Shown one piece after another: positions 52,846-63,205 of a DNA stretch of 64,000 bases. The stretch lies in assembly GCA_902614945.1 (NCBI GenBank), contig CACMNE010000007.1, forward strand, positions 1,235 to 65,234, in the 5' to 3' direction. Within the stretch, counting starts at the first letter, position 1. Each line of letters begins with the position of its first letter. The notes below the pieces were generated by a model that was not told where the DNA came from, did no database searches, and saw only the letters and a list, made by a program, of their open reading frames with translations. The DNA comes from an uncultured Alphaproteobacteria bacterium (lineage in GTDB: Bacteria; Pseudomonadota; Alphaproteobacteria; Rhodobacterales; Rhodobacteraceae). The position numbers and the translations under genes are program-made.

Positions 52846-53544
52846 TTAAGTATAGATAAGCTGCCTTAATTCTGGTGGTAGCTTATCTTTTGTAAAATCA
52901 TCGCAAATAAAGTCAGCTTCTTCAAAATTATCATCAATATGATATTTACTAGGGGAACAAATTGTTTTTAATTTTGCTCTTTTGGCTGATATAAGTCCAT
53001 TATTACTATCCTCTAAAGCTATACATTCCTCTGGTCTTAATGATAATTGATTTAAAGCGAGTAAATATAATTCAGGGTCGGGCTTTTTTCTCTTTACCAT
53101 ATCACCTGTGGCTATAACTTTAAAAATTAAATCTGGTTTAATTTCAAAACATTTTTTAAATAATGCTTCTACATTCATCAGACTAGTGGATGTGGATATA
53201 GCTAATTGAATTTTGCTTTTTAAGGCATTATCTATAAGCGATTTTATGCCTGGTCTGAGCTGAAGTAATCCTTCATCCACCCATTTGTTATATAGTTCAT
53301 TTTTTTTTGAATGAATTCTCGATATATCATTAATATCCAAATGGTAATTTTTGGAATTAAAATTTTCTTTGTAGTGTTTTAAGCGTTCTTTACCTCCAGT
53401 AACTTTTAATAATTCTTTGTACAATTTCTTTGACCAGTTCCAGTTAATACCTTCGTCAGAAAATATACTATTATATGCTTTTCTATGTAATTCTTCTGTT
53501 TCAGCGATTGTTCCATCAACATCAAAAATTAATGCTTTTACCAA
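52846..53544 (-). CDS. HAD-superfamily phosphatase, CbbY-like
   Basis: Motif I FDVDGTIAETE, followed by TGGKERL and EDSNNGLISAKRA. Resembles CbbY/beta-phosphoglucomutase-type HAD proteins. Confidence 0.75.
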   Translation of the reverse strand: MVKALIFDVDGTIAETEELHRKAYNSIFSDEGINWNWSKKLYKELLKVTGGKERLKHYKENFNSKNYHLDINDISRIHSKKNELYNKWVDEGLLQLRPGIKSLIDNALKSKIQLAISTSTSLMNVEALFKKCFEIKPDLIFKVIATGDMVKRKKPDPELYLLALNQLSLRPEECIALEDSNNGLISAKRAKLKTICSPSKYHIDDNFEEADFICDDFTKDKLPPELRQLIYT

Positions 53545-53642
53545 TAAAAATTCCTTTCAGGATTTCATTTTCTAATTGAATATACTTAGGATATTTTGTT
53601 TTCTTTAACAATAAAATTTTTTCAAATTTAGGAGAGGTCAAA

Positions 53643-54011
53643 ATGGAAGATTTTTTTGAAGTCGGATTAAGAGAAAGAAAAGCAACTTTAGGTGAGAAAT
53701 ATGTAGAAAAAAATTTAAAGGAAGCAGATGAATTCACAAAACCTTTTCAGGAAGCTATGACGTCTTGGTGTTGGGGCTTTGGATGGGGTGACAAGAGTAT
53801 TGATAGAAAAACTAGATCAATGATGAACCTAGCAATGATTGGAGCTCTTGGTAAATTGAATGAGTGGGAAATACATTGTAGAGGAGCTTTGAAAAATGAT
53901 GTCTCTAAAGAACAAATAAGAGCTATAATTCATGTAATTGGTATCTATTGTGGTGTTCCCCAAGCTTTAGAATGCTTTAGAATTGCAAAAAAAGTTTTTT
54001 CAGAAAGGTAG
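53643..54011 (+). CDS. Carboxymuconolactone decarboxylase (CMD) family protein
   Basis: 122 aa with WCWGFGWGD..IDRKTRSMMNLAMIGALG...EWEIHCRGALKNDVSKEQIRAIIHVIGIYCGVP, typical of gamma-CMD/AhpD-like proteins. Confidence 0.8.
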   Translation: MEDFFEVGLRERKATLGEKYVEKNLKEADEFTKPFQEAMTSWCWGFGWGDKSIDRKTRSMMNLAMIGALGKLNEWEIHCRGALKNDVSKEQIRAIIHVIGIYCGVPQALECFRIAKKVFSER

Positions 54012-54105
54012 ATACCAGAGAGAGATTTGTTAAAAATCCTTTTAATTATTTATTAATTTATTTAATTATAGTGTAAGACTAAAATTTATTATTTAAAAAT
54101 TAAAA

Positions 54106-55584
54106 ATGCTAAAAAAGAATTCAACTAAATTAAAAAAAGAAAATTTTGTACGATTTTATTTAAATGATAATTTGATTGAAAAATCGATTAGTGACCCACA
54201 ACAGACATTATTAGATTTTTTAAGAATTGATCAAAATTTAAAAGGGACAAAAGAAGGTTGTGCTGAAGGTGATTGTGGTGCGTGTACAGTACTAATTGGT
54301 AAAGTTAATAAATATCATAAAGTTTCATATAGGACCGCAAATTCATGCATAGTTTTCTTACCATCAATTGATTGTTCACACTTGATTACAGTAGATGGTT
54401 TGTCTAAAGGCTTGGAAGAACTCCATCCAGTACAAGAGGCAATGGTAAGAAATTCTGGGGCTCAGTGTGGTTTTTGCACACCTGGTTTTGTGATGTCAAT
54501 ATACGGATTGTTTTTAAAAACCAAAAAACCCAATAGAGCTCAAATCTTGAATTCAATTCAAGGTAATCTTTGTCGATGTACGGGATATGGTCCAATAATT
54601 TCAGCTGCCGAAGATCTTAGTAAAAGTTTTTCTTGTTCAAATGATTTTCTGATAAAAAATAACAAAAAATGGGCTCAGAAATTAACATATTTAATAGAAA
54701 ATGGTTCTAAAGAAAAAGAAAATAATCCGAATTACTCTATTCCAAAAAATATAAGGGAATTAAAGGAAGTCTTGTATCATAAGAAAAATTCAACAATAGT
54801 CGCTGGTTCAACTGACGTAGGTCTATGGGTAAATAAACAATTTAAAGAAATAAGGCCTATAGTATTTATAAATCAAATTGATGAATTAAAGTATATTAAG
54901 ATTTATAATGATAAAATTTTACTAGGTTCCTTAGTTACTTATTCAGATTTTCAAGATTTTGTAACTAAATATTTTCCAAATTTAAATGAGTACATAAACA
55001 GAATTGGAGGGGATCAAATAAGAAATATGGGCACTATTGGTGGTAACATTGCAAATGGATCTCCAATTGGTGATATAGCACCACTTTTTTTAGCTCTTGG
55101 TGCAAAAATGAAAATCATCGGTAAAGAAACAACCCGAAAAATAAATGTAGAAAATTTTTTTATTGAATATGGTTTGCAAGCAATAAATGCAAAAGAATAT
55201 ATTCATGATTTTGAAATTCCAAATCCAAAAACAAAAAAATTTGATTTTATAGCTTATAAAGTGTCAAAAAGACGTTATGAAGATATTTCTACTATCACAG
55301 GAGCATTTTTCTTTGAAAAAAAATTGAATAAGAAATCTAATGTTAGGTTTGCCTATGGAGGAATGGCAGGAATCCCAAAGAGATCCAAATCTTTGGAAAA
55401 TTTATTTAACCAAAAATTTGAAAGTAATTTCGATGAAAAAAGTATTGAGATGGCTATTAAAAATGACTTTCAGCCACTTACTGACTGCAGAGCGACTTCA
55501 CTTTATCGTCATAGAGTTGCAGAAAATCTTTTTAAAAAATTTTCATGCTTTGTTAAAAATATACCTAATATAAAAGAAGTGTAA
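54106..55584 (+). CDS. xdhA: Xanthine dehydrogenase small subunit (2x[2Fe-2S] + FAD)
   Basis: Cluster motifs GCAEGDCGACTV and CGFCTPGF...CRCTGYGPI, followed by an FAD-binding domain (VAGSTDVGLWV). Confidence 0.92.
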   Translation: MLKKNSTKLKKENFVRFYLNDNLIEKSISDPQQTLLDFLRIDQNLKGTKEGCAEGDCGACTVLIGKVNKYHKVSYRTANSCIVFLPSIDCSHLITVDGLSKGLEELHPVQEAMVRNSGAQCGFCTPGFVMSIYGLFLKTKKPNRAQILNSIQGNLCRCTGYGPIISAAEDLSKSFSCSNDFLIKNNKKWAQKLTYLIENGSKEKENNPNYSIPKNIRELKEVLYHKKNSTIVAGSTDVGLWVNKQFKEIRPIVFINQIDELKYIKIYNDKILLGSLVTYSDFQDFVTKYFPNLNEYINRIGGDQIRNMGTIGGNIANGSPIGDIAPLFLALGAKMKIIGKETTRKINVENFFIEYGLQAINAKEYIHDFEIPNPKTKKFDFIAYKVSKRRYEDISTITGAFFFEKKLNKKSNVRFAYGGMAGIPKRSKSLENLFNQKFESNFDEKSIEMAIKNDFQPLTDCRATSLYRHRVAENLFKKFSCFVKNIPNIKEV

Positions 55585-55597
55585 AAGGTTTAGGGAA

Positions 55598-57934
55598 TTG
55601 AAGCAAATTAGAAGAAAAGAAGGAATACTAAGGTCTACTGAAGAGGATATAGTGAGGCATGAGTCCCTTAACAAATTTGTCAGTGGTAAAGCAGAATATA
55701 TAGATGATTTAGCTGAGGAGCATGGAACTTTACATGCTTACGTAGGAAAATCTGACTTTGCAAAGGGAATAATACTAGATATTGACCTAAAAGAAGTTTG
55801 GGCTTCAGAGGGTGTCGTAGATATATTTACAGCGAAAGATTTACCTGGGTCGAATGATATAAGCCCCACCTCTATGAGAGATGAACCAGTTTTAGTAGAC
55901 AAAGATGTTTCTTTTTTTGGACAACCGCTATTTGTAGTAGTCGCTAAAACAAGACTTGAAGCCAGAAAAGCGGCTTCCTTAGTAAAGATAAAAAAAAATA
56001 TTCACAACCCTCTACTAGATATACATAATATTAATAATAAAAATCCAGAAATAGTCACAACTCCGTTGAAATTAGAGAGAGGTGATGTATGCGAATATCT
56101 AAAAAAATCAAAATACAAAATAAGTGGTGAAATTTATATTGGAGGGCAAGATCATTTCTATTTGGAAAGCCACATTGCCATGGCGAGAATTGAAGAAAGT
56201 GAAGAGATAATAATTCACTCTTCAACCCAGCATCCTACCGAAGTACAACATATGGTGGCTAAAGTATTAGATATTCCATTTAACAAAGTTATTGTAAAAG
56301 TTAAAAGAATGGGTGGAGGATTTGGAGGAAAAGAAACTCAGTCGAATTTTTTTGCAGTAATTGCTGCTTTAGCTGTAGTAAGAAATGGAACTGCAGTTAA
56401 AATAAGACCTGATAGAGATGATGACATGATTATGACCGGTAAAAGGCACCCATTTCATATATCTTACAATGTTGGTTTCGAAAAAAATGGAGAAATAATG
56501 GCTGTTGATGCATTATTAAGTGCAGATTGTGGATTTTCTTCTGATCTTTCTGGACCTATTACTGATCGAGCATTATTTCATTCTGATAATTGTTATTTTT
56601 ATCCAAATGTGCGACTTATTTCTAGACCACTTAAAACAAATAAAGTTTCTAATACTGCATTTCGTGGTTTTGGGGGTCCCCAAGGTATGATGTTAGCTGA
56701 AAGAGTTATCCAAGAGGTTGCCTTTTTTCTTGGAAAGGATCCACTTGATATTAAAAAAATGAATCTATATGGGACAGGTAAAAAGTCAATATCACCGTAC
56801 TATCAAAAGATTTCTGATAATATTTCAAAGCGAATTATAATGGAATTAGAAAATTCTTCTAATTATAAAAAAAGAAGAAAAGAAGTTCTTATATTTAATA
56901 AAAATAATATTTTTTTTAAAAAAGGTATTGCTCTTACCCCTGTAAAATTTGGAATATCTTTTACTGCTACATGGTTTAATCAAGGTGGTGCATTAGTTCA
57001 TGTTTATACTGATGGGTCAGTAATTGTTAATCATGGTGGAACTGAAATGGGTCAGGGTTTGCATACTAAAGTTTTAGGAATAATAACTAAGGAGTTGGGG
57101 GTAAGTCTTGATAAAATAAAAATAACAGATACTGATACAAGTAAGATTGCAAATACCTCCGCTACGGCTGCTTCGTCTGGTTCAGATTTAAATGGAATGG
57201 CAGCTTTTAAAGCAGCAAAAAAGATTAAAAAAAGAATATTAAATTTTATAACAAAAAGATATGGTGTATCTCCAAAAAATATTAACTTTAAAAATAATTT
57301 TATTCTAACTCCAGATAAAATTTATCCCTTTCATGAAATTGTTAAAGAGGCATATTTGGAAAGGGTTCAGCTTTGGGATTCTGGATTTTATAAAACTCCA
57401 AAAATTCATTGGGACAGAAAAAAAGCAAAGGGCAAACCTTTTTACTATTATAGTTATGGTGCTGCTGTTTCTGAAGTTACAATTGATATTTTAACTGGCG
57501 AATACAAGGTGAATAGGGTTGATATATTGCATGATGTTGGTAAGTCTCTAAATAAAACAATAGATATAGGACAAATTGAGGGGGGGTTCATCCAGGGAAT
57601 GGGTTGGTTAACTTGTGAAGAACTTTTTTGGGATCAAGATGGTTTTTTAAAAACTCATGCCCCTTCTACTTATAAAATACCCCTTGCGTCTGATAGACCT
57701 GAAATTTTTAATATCCAAATAGCAAGTTGGTCAAAAAATAGTGAAAAAACAATTAAACGATCCAAGGCTGTCGGGGAACCACCTTTTATGTTGGCAATAT
57801 CTGTACATGAAGCTCTTCAAATGGCTGTAGCTTCTATTGCTGATTACAAAGTAAAGCCAAAAATGAATGCTCCAGCTACACCAGAAGAGGTTTTATCATC
57901 AATTTATGATATTAAGAAAGAGTATCAATTTTGA
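55598..57934 (+). CDS. xdhB: Xanthine dehydrogenase molybdopterin-binding subunit
   Basis: 778 aa with GGGFGGKETQ, AFRGFGGPQG and GTEMGQGLHTK blocks. TTG start. Confidence 0.93.
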   Translation: MKQIRRKEGILRSTEEDIVRHESLNKFVSGKAEYIDDLAEEHGTLHAYVGKSDFAKGIILDIDLKEVWASEGVVDIFTAKDLPGSNDISPTSMRDEPVLVDKDVSFFGQPLFVVVAKTRLEARKAASLVKIKKNIHNPLLDIHNINNKNPEIVTTPLKLERGDVCEYLKKSKYKISGEIYIGGQDHFYLESHIAMARIEESEEIIIHSSTQHPTEVQHMVAKVLDIPFNKVIVKVKRMGGGFGGKETQSNFFAVIAALAVVRNGTAVKIRPDRDDDMIMTGKRHPFHISYNVGFEKNGEIMAVDALLSADCGFSSDLSGPITDRALFHSDNCYFYPNVRLISRPLKTNKVSNTAFRGFGGPQGMMLAERVIQEVAFFLGKDPLDIKKMNLYGTGKKSISPYYQKISDNISKRIIMELENSSNYKKRRKEVLIFNKNNIFFKKGIALTPVKFGISFTATWFNQGGALVHVYTDGSVIVNHGGTEMGQGLHTKVLGIITKELGVSLDKIKITDTDTSKIANTSATAASSGSDLNGMAAFKAAKKIKKRILNFITKRYGVSPKNINFKNNFILTPDKIYPFHEIVKEAYLERVQLWDSGFYKTPKIHWDRKKAKGKPFYYYSYGAAVSEVTIDILTGEYKVNRVDILHDVGKSLNKTIDIGQIEGGFIQGMGWLTCEELFWDQDGFLKTHAPSTYKIPLASDRPEIFNIQIASWSKNSEKTIKRSKAVGEPPFMLAISVHEALQMAVASIADYKVKPKMNAPATPEEVLSSIYDIKKEYQF

Positions 57935-58746
57935 TTTTGACTATCGAAGAACTTCAAAAATTTTTAAAAGATAATAAAGATGTTGCTTATTGCAAAATTT
58001 TAAAAAATTTAGGCTCCTCTCCAAGGGAGAAAGGAGCTTGGATGTTAATTAGTAAGCAGGGGAAAATTTTTGGAACAATAGGAGGTGGACAATTAGAATA
58101 TAATCTTATTCAAAGTGTTATGAAACAAGACTGGAAAGTTGATTTCAACTTAGAGATTGAAACGACTTTGGGACCAGATATTGCACAATGTTGTGGTGGA
58201 AAAGTCATTATTTCAATACTTAAAATGAATTATACGTTTTCCAAACATTTATTAGAAAAATTTAAAAAGGATATATCTAAACTTACTCAAGTACTTATTT
58301 TTGGTGCAGGTAATGTTGGAACATCATTGGCTTTACAAATGTACAATTTACCTTTCAAAATAAAGTTGATTGATAATAGAGAAAATTTCATTTCAAAACT
58401 AAATTTACCTATTGAAAAAAAATTTAGCTTAATTCCAGAGCAAGAAGTTCGTGCAGCAAATGCTTGCTCTTGTTACATAATTACCACTCATGATCATGGC
58501 CTTGATTTCTTACTGTGCTATGAAATTTTAAAAAGGAATGATGCTTCTTATATTGGAATGATTGGTTCAAAAACTAAAAGAGGAACTTTAAAAAATTGGC
58601 TTAGAAAAAAAGGTATTAATGATATTTCAAATGTAAATATACCAATAGGTAAATCATTAGTTGATACTTATGATAAAAGACCTGAAATTATATCAGCCCA
58701 CATAATTTCAGAAATGTTATCCATAATTGAAAAAAAAGCGACATAG
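57931..58746 (+). CDS. xdhC: Xanthine dehydrogenase accessory protein XdhC
   Basis: 271 aa with GTIGGGQLE and a Rossmann-like IFGAGNVG. TTGA overlap with xdhB. Confidence 0.85.
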   Translation: MILTIEELQKFLKDNKDVAYCKILKNLGSSPREKGAWMLISKQGKIFGTIGGGQLEYNLIQSVMKQDWKVDFNLEIETTLGPDIAQCCGGKVIISILKMNYTFSKHLLEKFKKDISKLTQVLIFGAGNVGTSLALQMYNLPFKIKLIDNRENFISKLNLPIEKKFSLIPEQEVRAANACSCYIITTHDHGLDFLLCYEILKRNDASYIGMIGSKTKRGTLKNWLRKKGINDISNVNIPIGKSLVDTYDKRPEIISAHIISEMLSIIEKKAT

Positions 58747-58770
58747 AAATTATATAATTAGGAAAATTAC

Positions 58771-60051
58771 ATGATTTTAAAAGGAAGAATTTTTCATTTC
58801 TTAGATAAAGGAAATATAGACAATCCAGAAAATTCTTTTGAATATATTGAAAAAGGCGGATTAGTAATTTCAGGGGAAAAAATAATCGATATTGGAGAAT
58901 TTAATAAAATAATTCTTCAATATCCAAATTATGAAGTTATAGATCATAAAAATAATATAATTTTCCCTGGTTTTATTGATTTACACAATCACTTTCCTCA
59001 AGTTCAGGTAATTGGTTCATATGGCACACAACTTTTAGAGTGGTTAAGCAAATATACTTTTCCTGAAGAATCTAAATTTATATCTAAAGATTATTCTAAA
59101 CAGCAAGCTAAGAAATTTATAAAATTACTTATCAGCAATGGCACTACTACTTCGGTATCATTTTGTTCTGTCCATAAGGAGTCTGTAAATGCTCTTTTTG
59201 AAGAAGCTTCTAAAAAAAACATGTGTATGATTGCTGGTAAAGTAATGATGGATAGAAATGCTCCTAAGAACCTTTTAGATACTCCTCAGACCTCATTTCA
59301 AGATACACAGGACTTAATTTCAAAATGGCACAAAAAAAATAGGAACTTTTATGCGATAACACCAAGGTTTGCAATAACTTCATCTCCAGAGCAATTAAAA
59401 TTAGCAGGTGATTTGTCAAATAGTAATCCTACTTGTTATATTCAAACCCATCTTTCAGAAAATAGAGATGAAATAGAATATACTTTATCTCTATATCCAA
59501 AATTTACCCACTATCTGGATATTTACCTTAAAAATGGTATTGTTAATGACAGATCTTTAATGGGACATTCAATTCACCTCAACGATGATGAAATTTCAAT
59601 ATTTAATCAAACTCGAGCCGTTGCAGTTCATTGTCCAACTTCAAATCTTTTCCTAGGTAGTGGTTTATTCCCATTTGAAAAGTTATATAATTCCAACGTC
59701 AATTTGGGTATTTCTACTGATGTTGGTGGGGGAACGTCTTATTCAATGCTAAACACTTTAGATGCTGCTTATAAAATTCAGCAATTTAGAAATTTTAGTT
59801 TAAATCCAAAATATTCCTTTTATTGGTCCACACTTGGTAATGCAAAATCTTTAGGATTAGAAGATGAGATTGGAAGTTTTAAAAAAGGAAGTTTTGCTGA
59901 TATTATAGTTTTGGACAGTTCTAGTGATATGGTTTCAAAAATTAGAATGGAAACTTGTGAGACACTTACTGAAGAATTATTTATTTTGCAAACTTTAGGA
60001 GGAGCGCATTCAATTAAATCCGTTTATATTGCAGGTAATTTATTATTGTAA
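58771..60051 (+). CDS. guaD: Guanine deaminase (amidohydrolase)
   Basis: PGFIDLHNHFPQ metal-binding HxH, HLSEN and STDVGGG. Follows xdhABC. Confidence 0.88.
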   Translation: MILKGRIFHFLDKGNIDNPENSFEYIEKGGLVISGEKIIDIGEFNKIILQYPNYEVIDHKNNIIFPGFIDLHNHFPQVQVIGSYGTQLLEWLSKYTFPEESKFISKDYSKQQAKKFIKLLISNGTTTSVSFCSVHKESVNALFEEASKKNMCMIAGKVMMDRNAPKNLLDTPQTSFQDTQDLISKWHKKNRNFYAITPRFAITSSPEQLKLAGDLSNSNPTCYIQTHLSENRDEIEYTLSLYPKFTHYLDIYLKNGIVNDRSLMGHSIHLNDDEISIFNQTRAVAVHCPTSNLFLGSGLFPFEKLYNSNVNLGISTDVGGGTSYSMLNTLDAAYKIQQFRNFSLNPKYSFYWSTLGNAKSLGLEDEIGSFKKGSFADIIVLDSSSDMVSKIRMETCETLTEELFILQTLGGAHSIKSVYIAGNLLL

Positions 60052-60128
60052 TTATTTTTTTATATAAAAAATTATAATAATGAATTAATCTTGATTAATA
60101 AAAAAATTAAAACAATACAACTTTACAA

Positions 60129-61097
60129 ATGACTATTTTAAATATTTCGATTTTCACCTTTTTAATTGGTTTAGGTTTATTTTCATATACTATATATGAG
60201 AGATCTTCAATTTTAAGCTCGGATGAGCAAAAACCTAAAACTGAGAATTTAAATTATAAAAATGATAAAAAAGTATTAGAGACCTCACAAAATGAAAAAA
60301 GTTTGTTGGATATAAGAAATAGTTTGCAATCTGAAATATTAGCAAAAAAGCATGAAATTAAAGAAAAATCCACACAAAAAACTCAATTAGAAGAAAAAAT
60401 AAATTTACTTAATTTTACTAAGGAGGAGCTAGAATCTGATTTATTTAATCTTAAGCTTGAGATATCAAAGATAAAGTTGAATTTATCAAAAGAACTAAAA
60501 CCTGATGACCAACAAAATAAAGTTAACAAGATAAAGGAGAATGATCCTTTATTTGCAAAAAACATTGAATTGTCTAATCAAATAAAACAAAAAAATGGTA
60601 TAATTATAGAATTAGAAAAAAAATTACTAATTGCGGAAGAAAAAAATTTAAAATTTTCAAAAAATGAATTTAATAAATTAAAGAATGATATTGAAACTTA
60701 CAAGGTAAACAATAAAAACTTTGAACAAATCATAAATAAGCAAAAAGAGAAAATTTTAGAATTAAAATCTGCAAATTTAATTTTTGAGAAAGAATTAAAA
60801 CAGCAGAATAAGGAAACTACTCCACAAAAAAAATCAGATGGTATTGTTGCTACTTTTTCTGGTAATCTTCTCTATGAACCAAACAAAAAAAGAATTATTC
60901 TTATTTCTTCAGATGGAACTCAATATACAATTTTGCAAGATGATTTTCCTGGAGATTTAGTGGCAAAGTGTGGACTTCCTATCACTAATAATTCTAAAAA
61001 TCGATGTATTGCAACCATCGTAGCTGAACTTATTGTGGAAGACGATCAATTAATTCTTAAAGGAAAAGAAATTAAACAGATAACAAAAAATAAGTAA
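60129..61097 (+). CDS. Membrane-anchored coiled-coil protein of unknown function
   Basis: N-terminal TM helix (ISIFTFLIGLGLFSYTIY), about 200 aa of Lys/Glu/Asn/Leu-rich heptad-like sequence, and a C-terminal region of about 90 aa that is not low-complexity. Confidence 0.6.
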   Translation: MTILNISIFTFLIGLGLFSYTIYERSSILSSDEQKPKTENLNYKNDKKVLETSQNEKSLLDIRNSLQSEILAKKHEIKEKSTQKTQLEEKINLLNFTKEELESDLFNLKLEISKIKLNLSKELKPDDQQNKVNKIKENDPLFAKNIELSNQIKQKNGIIIELEKKLLIAEEKNLKFSKNEFNKLKNDIETYKVNNKNFEQIINKQKEKILELKSANLIFEKELKQQNKETTPQKKSDGIVATFSGNLLYEPNKKRIILISSDGTQYTILQDDFPGDLVAKCGLPITNNSKNRCIATIVAELIVEDDQLILKGKEIKQITKNK

Positions 61098-61114
61098 ATG
61101 AATACCACCAATTA

Positions 61115-62002
61115 GTGGCACGTTGTTTGCAGTTTAGTGTTATGTTCTTTTCTTTCTATCATAATACAAAATATACATCTAATTTATTTATTTTTATATT
61201 ACTAATTCTAGTTATATATTTAGTTGGAAGTATAGTATGGTCAGCTGATTTAAATAATAAACCTAATTGTGAGGATTTAGCTAATCAAGTTGAGCGAGAA
61301 GAAAATTTACCAATCCATTTATTAAGTAGTATTTCCAGAGTTGAAGCAGGAAGAAAATTATCAAACGGGGAAGTCAGAGGATGGCCTTGGTCCATTAATC
61401 ATGCTGGAAAAGGACTTTATTTTGAGACAAAAGAAGGGGCCTTGAAATATTTGAAAAACGCGGTTGCAAATGGATCTAGGAATATTGATGTAGGTTGCAT
61501 GCAATTAAATTACAGATGGCATAAAGGTGGATTTACTTCTCTAGAAGATATGTTTGATCCTGTGAAAAATATTAATTATGCAGCTGAATTTGTTAAAGAA
61601 CTCTTTGAAAGACATAAAAATTGGGAAGATACAATTAAGCACTACCATTCGAATAAAAAAAAATTTAATATCCCATATCATAAAAAAGTAGCAAAGGTTT
61701 GGGATGAAAAGAAAGAGAATGGACTTACCAATAATCCTTTAGGATTTTCGTCCACAGAAAATATTTTGCCTGTGGCTGAAAAAAAGTCTATTTTTATAAA
61801 AGAAGTTGAACCAATAATTGTTTACGATGCTTCTTCTCACATTGATATTACTGAGACAAGTCAGATTTTAAATGAAAGTGGTATTCCTTTTGAGGGAAAT
61901 CGAAATGAGCATACTTTTAATTCACCTAAAAATGTTCCAAAATTTATTAAAAAACATTGGTCATTAGTACTTTCTTTAAGACAACAACTTGAAAAAGATT
62001 AA
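61115..62002 (+). CDS. Lytic transglycosylase (SLT-domain) protein
   Basis: TM/signal anchor followed by LLSSISRVEAGR...WPWSINHAGKGLYF...IDVGCMQLNYRWH, typical of alphaproteobacterial SLT-domain proteins. GTG start; ATG 61142 is an alternative. Confidence 0.72.
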   Translation: MARCLQFSVMFFSFYHNTKYTSNLFIFILLILVIYLVGSIVWSADLNNKPNCEDLANQVEREENLPIHLLSSISRVEAGRKLSNGEVRGWPWSINHAGKGLYFETKEGALKYLKNAVANGSRNIDVGCMQLNYRWHKGGFTSLEDMFDPVKNINYAAEFVKELFERHKNWEDTIKHYHSNKKKFNIPYHKKVAKVWDEKKENGLTNNPLGFSSTENILPVAEKKSIFIKEVEPIIVYDASSHIDITETSQILNESGIPFEGNRNEHTFNSPKNVPKFIKKHWSLVLSLRQQLEKD

Positions 62003-62037
62003 AAACCTTTTAAAATAATACATAAAATGGGGCAATT

Positions 62038-62262
62038 ATGGAAGAACTTGAACAATTTCTTATGAAAGAATTAAAATCTCTTTTATCTAAATATGATGAG
62101 CTTTATCTTGATCCAATTATAAGGGATAATGGTGATTTTCTAATACCATTACACCCTGATTTGAAAAAAAATAAAGAAGCACAAAAGAGAGTTGCTGATG
62201 CATTTAGTGAGATGATGAAAGCGGATTTGAGTAAAAAACCCAAAAGTAAGGCTTGGGTCTAA
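62038..62262 (+). CDS. Small hypothetical protein
   Basis: 74-aa charged ORF preceded by GGGGCA, tightly packed between neighbouring genes. No recognisable family. Confidence 0.45.
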   Translation: MEELEQFLMKELKSLLSKYDELYLDPIIRDNGDFLIPLHPDLKKNKEAQKRVADAFSEMMKADLSKKPKSKAWV

Positions 62263-62263
62263 T

Positions 62264-63178
62264 TTGGTTTTTTTATCCAAAAAACGTACATTAGAAATTC
62301 TGGAAAAAGCAAAACCTGGTGATAAAACTAGTCAATATAGCGATCTATTTTTATCAACATTAATTATTTTAAATCTTTTAGCGGTTTCTCTAGAATCTGT
62401 AGAATCAATTGGAAATATTTTTAGAAAAGAATTTTATATTTTTGAAGTATTTTCAGTATCTATTTTTGTTATCGAGTATATATTAAGAATTTGGGCAACA
62501 GGTGCAAAAGGAGACGGAACCAACAGTTCTGCGTTCAAAAACAGATTAAAGTATATTTTTAGTTTTACTGGTCTAATTGACTTATTGGCTATATTACCAA
62601 GTTTATTACCCTTATTATTTAGTGTGGATCTAAGATGGTTGAGAGTATTAAGGCTTTTAAGACTACTTAAAATTTCACATTATTCAAGTGCGTTAGAGGA
62701 TCTATTTTCTGCTATTCATCATGAAAGATCTTCTTTTGCTGCTGCATCTTATCTTTTTATCTTAGCTCTATTTTTTGCATCATCCTTAATGTATGTAGCT
62801 GAGAATAGCGTCCAGCCTGATAAATTTAGTTCTATTCCAGAAACAATGTGGTGGTCATTAATTACGTTGACTACAGTTGGTTATGGTGATGTTTCTCCAA
62901 TTTCCCCTTTAGGAAAAATAATTGGTGCGTTTACTGCAGTAATGGGTGTTTTCTCAGTAGCTCTTCTAACAGGTATTGTTGCAAATGCGTTTGCACATCA
63001 AGTGGCCCAAAGAAAAGCGATATTAGAAGCCCAAATAGCAAACGCTTTAGAAGATGGAGAAATTGACTCAGAAGAACAAGCTGAAATTGATAATCTAAGG
63101 AAAAGATACGATATATCTGAAGACCATGTTAAAGCAATAATAGAGGTTTTAAAGGATAAATCATCAAGTAAAAAGTAA
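62264..63178 (+). CDS. Voltage-gated-type K+ channel (ion transport family)
   Basis: S4-like LRWLRVLRLLRLLKISH and the selectivity filter TLTTVGYGDV, with six TM segments. TTG start. Confidence 0.88.
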   Translation: MVFLSKKRTLEILEKAKPGDKTSQYSDLFLSTLIILNLLAVSLESVESIGNIFRKEFYIFEVFSVSIFVIEYILRIWATGAKGDGTNSSAFKNRLKYIFSFTGLIDLLAILPSLLPLLFSVDLRWLRVLRLLRLLKISHYSSALEDLFSAIHHERSSFAAASYLFILALFFASSLMYVAENSVQPDKFSSIPETMWWSLITLTTVGYGDVSPISPLGKIIGAFTAVMGVFSVALLTGIVANAFAHQVAQRKAILEAQIANALEDGEIDSEEQAEIDNLRKRYDISEDHVKAIIEVLKDKSSSKK

Positions 63179-63205
63179 ATTAAGTCATACTCATTGATTT
63201 AGGTC

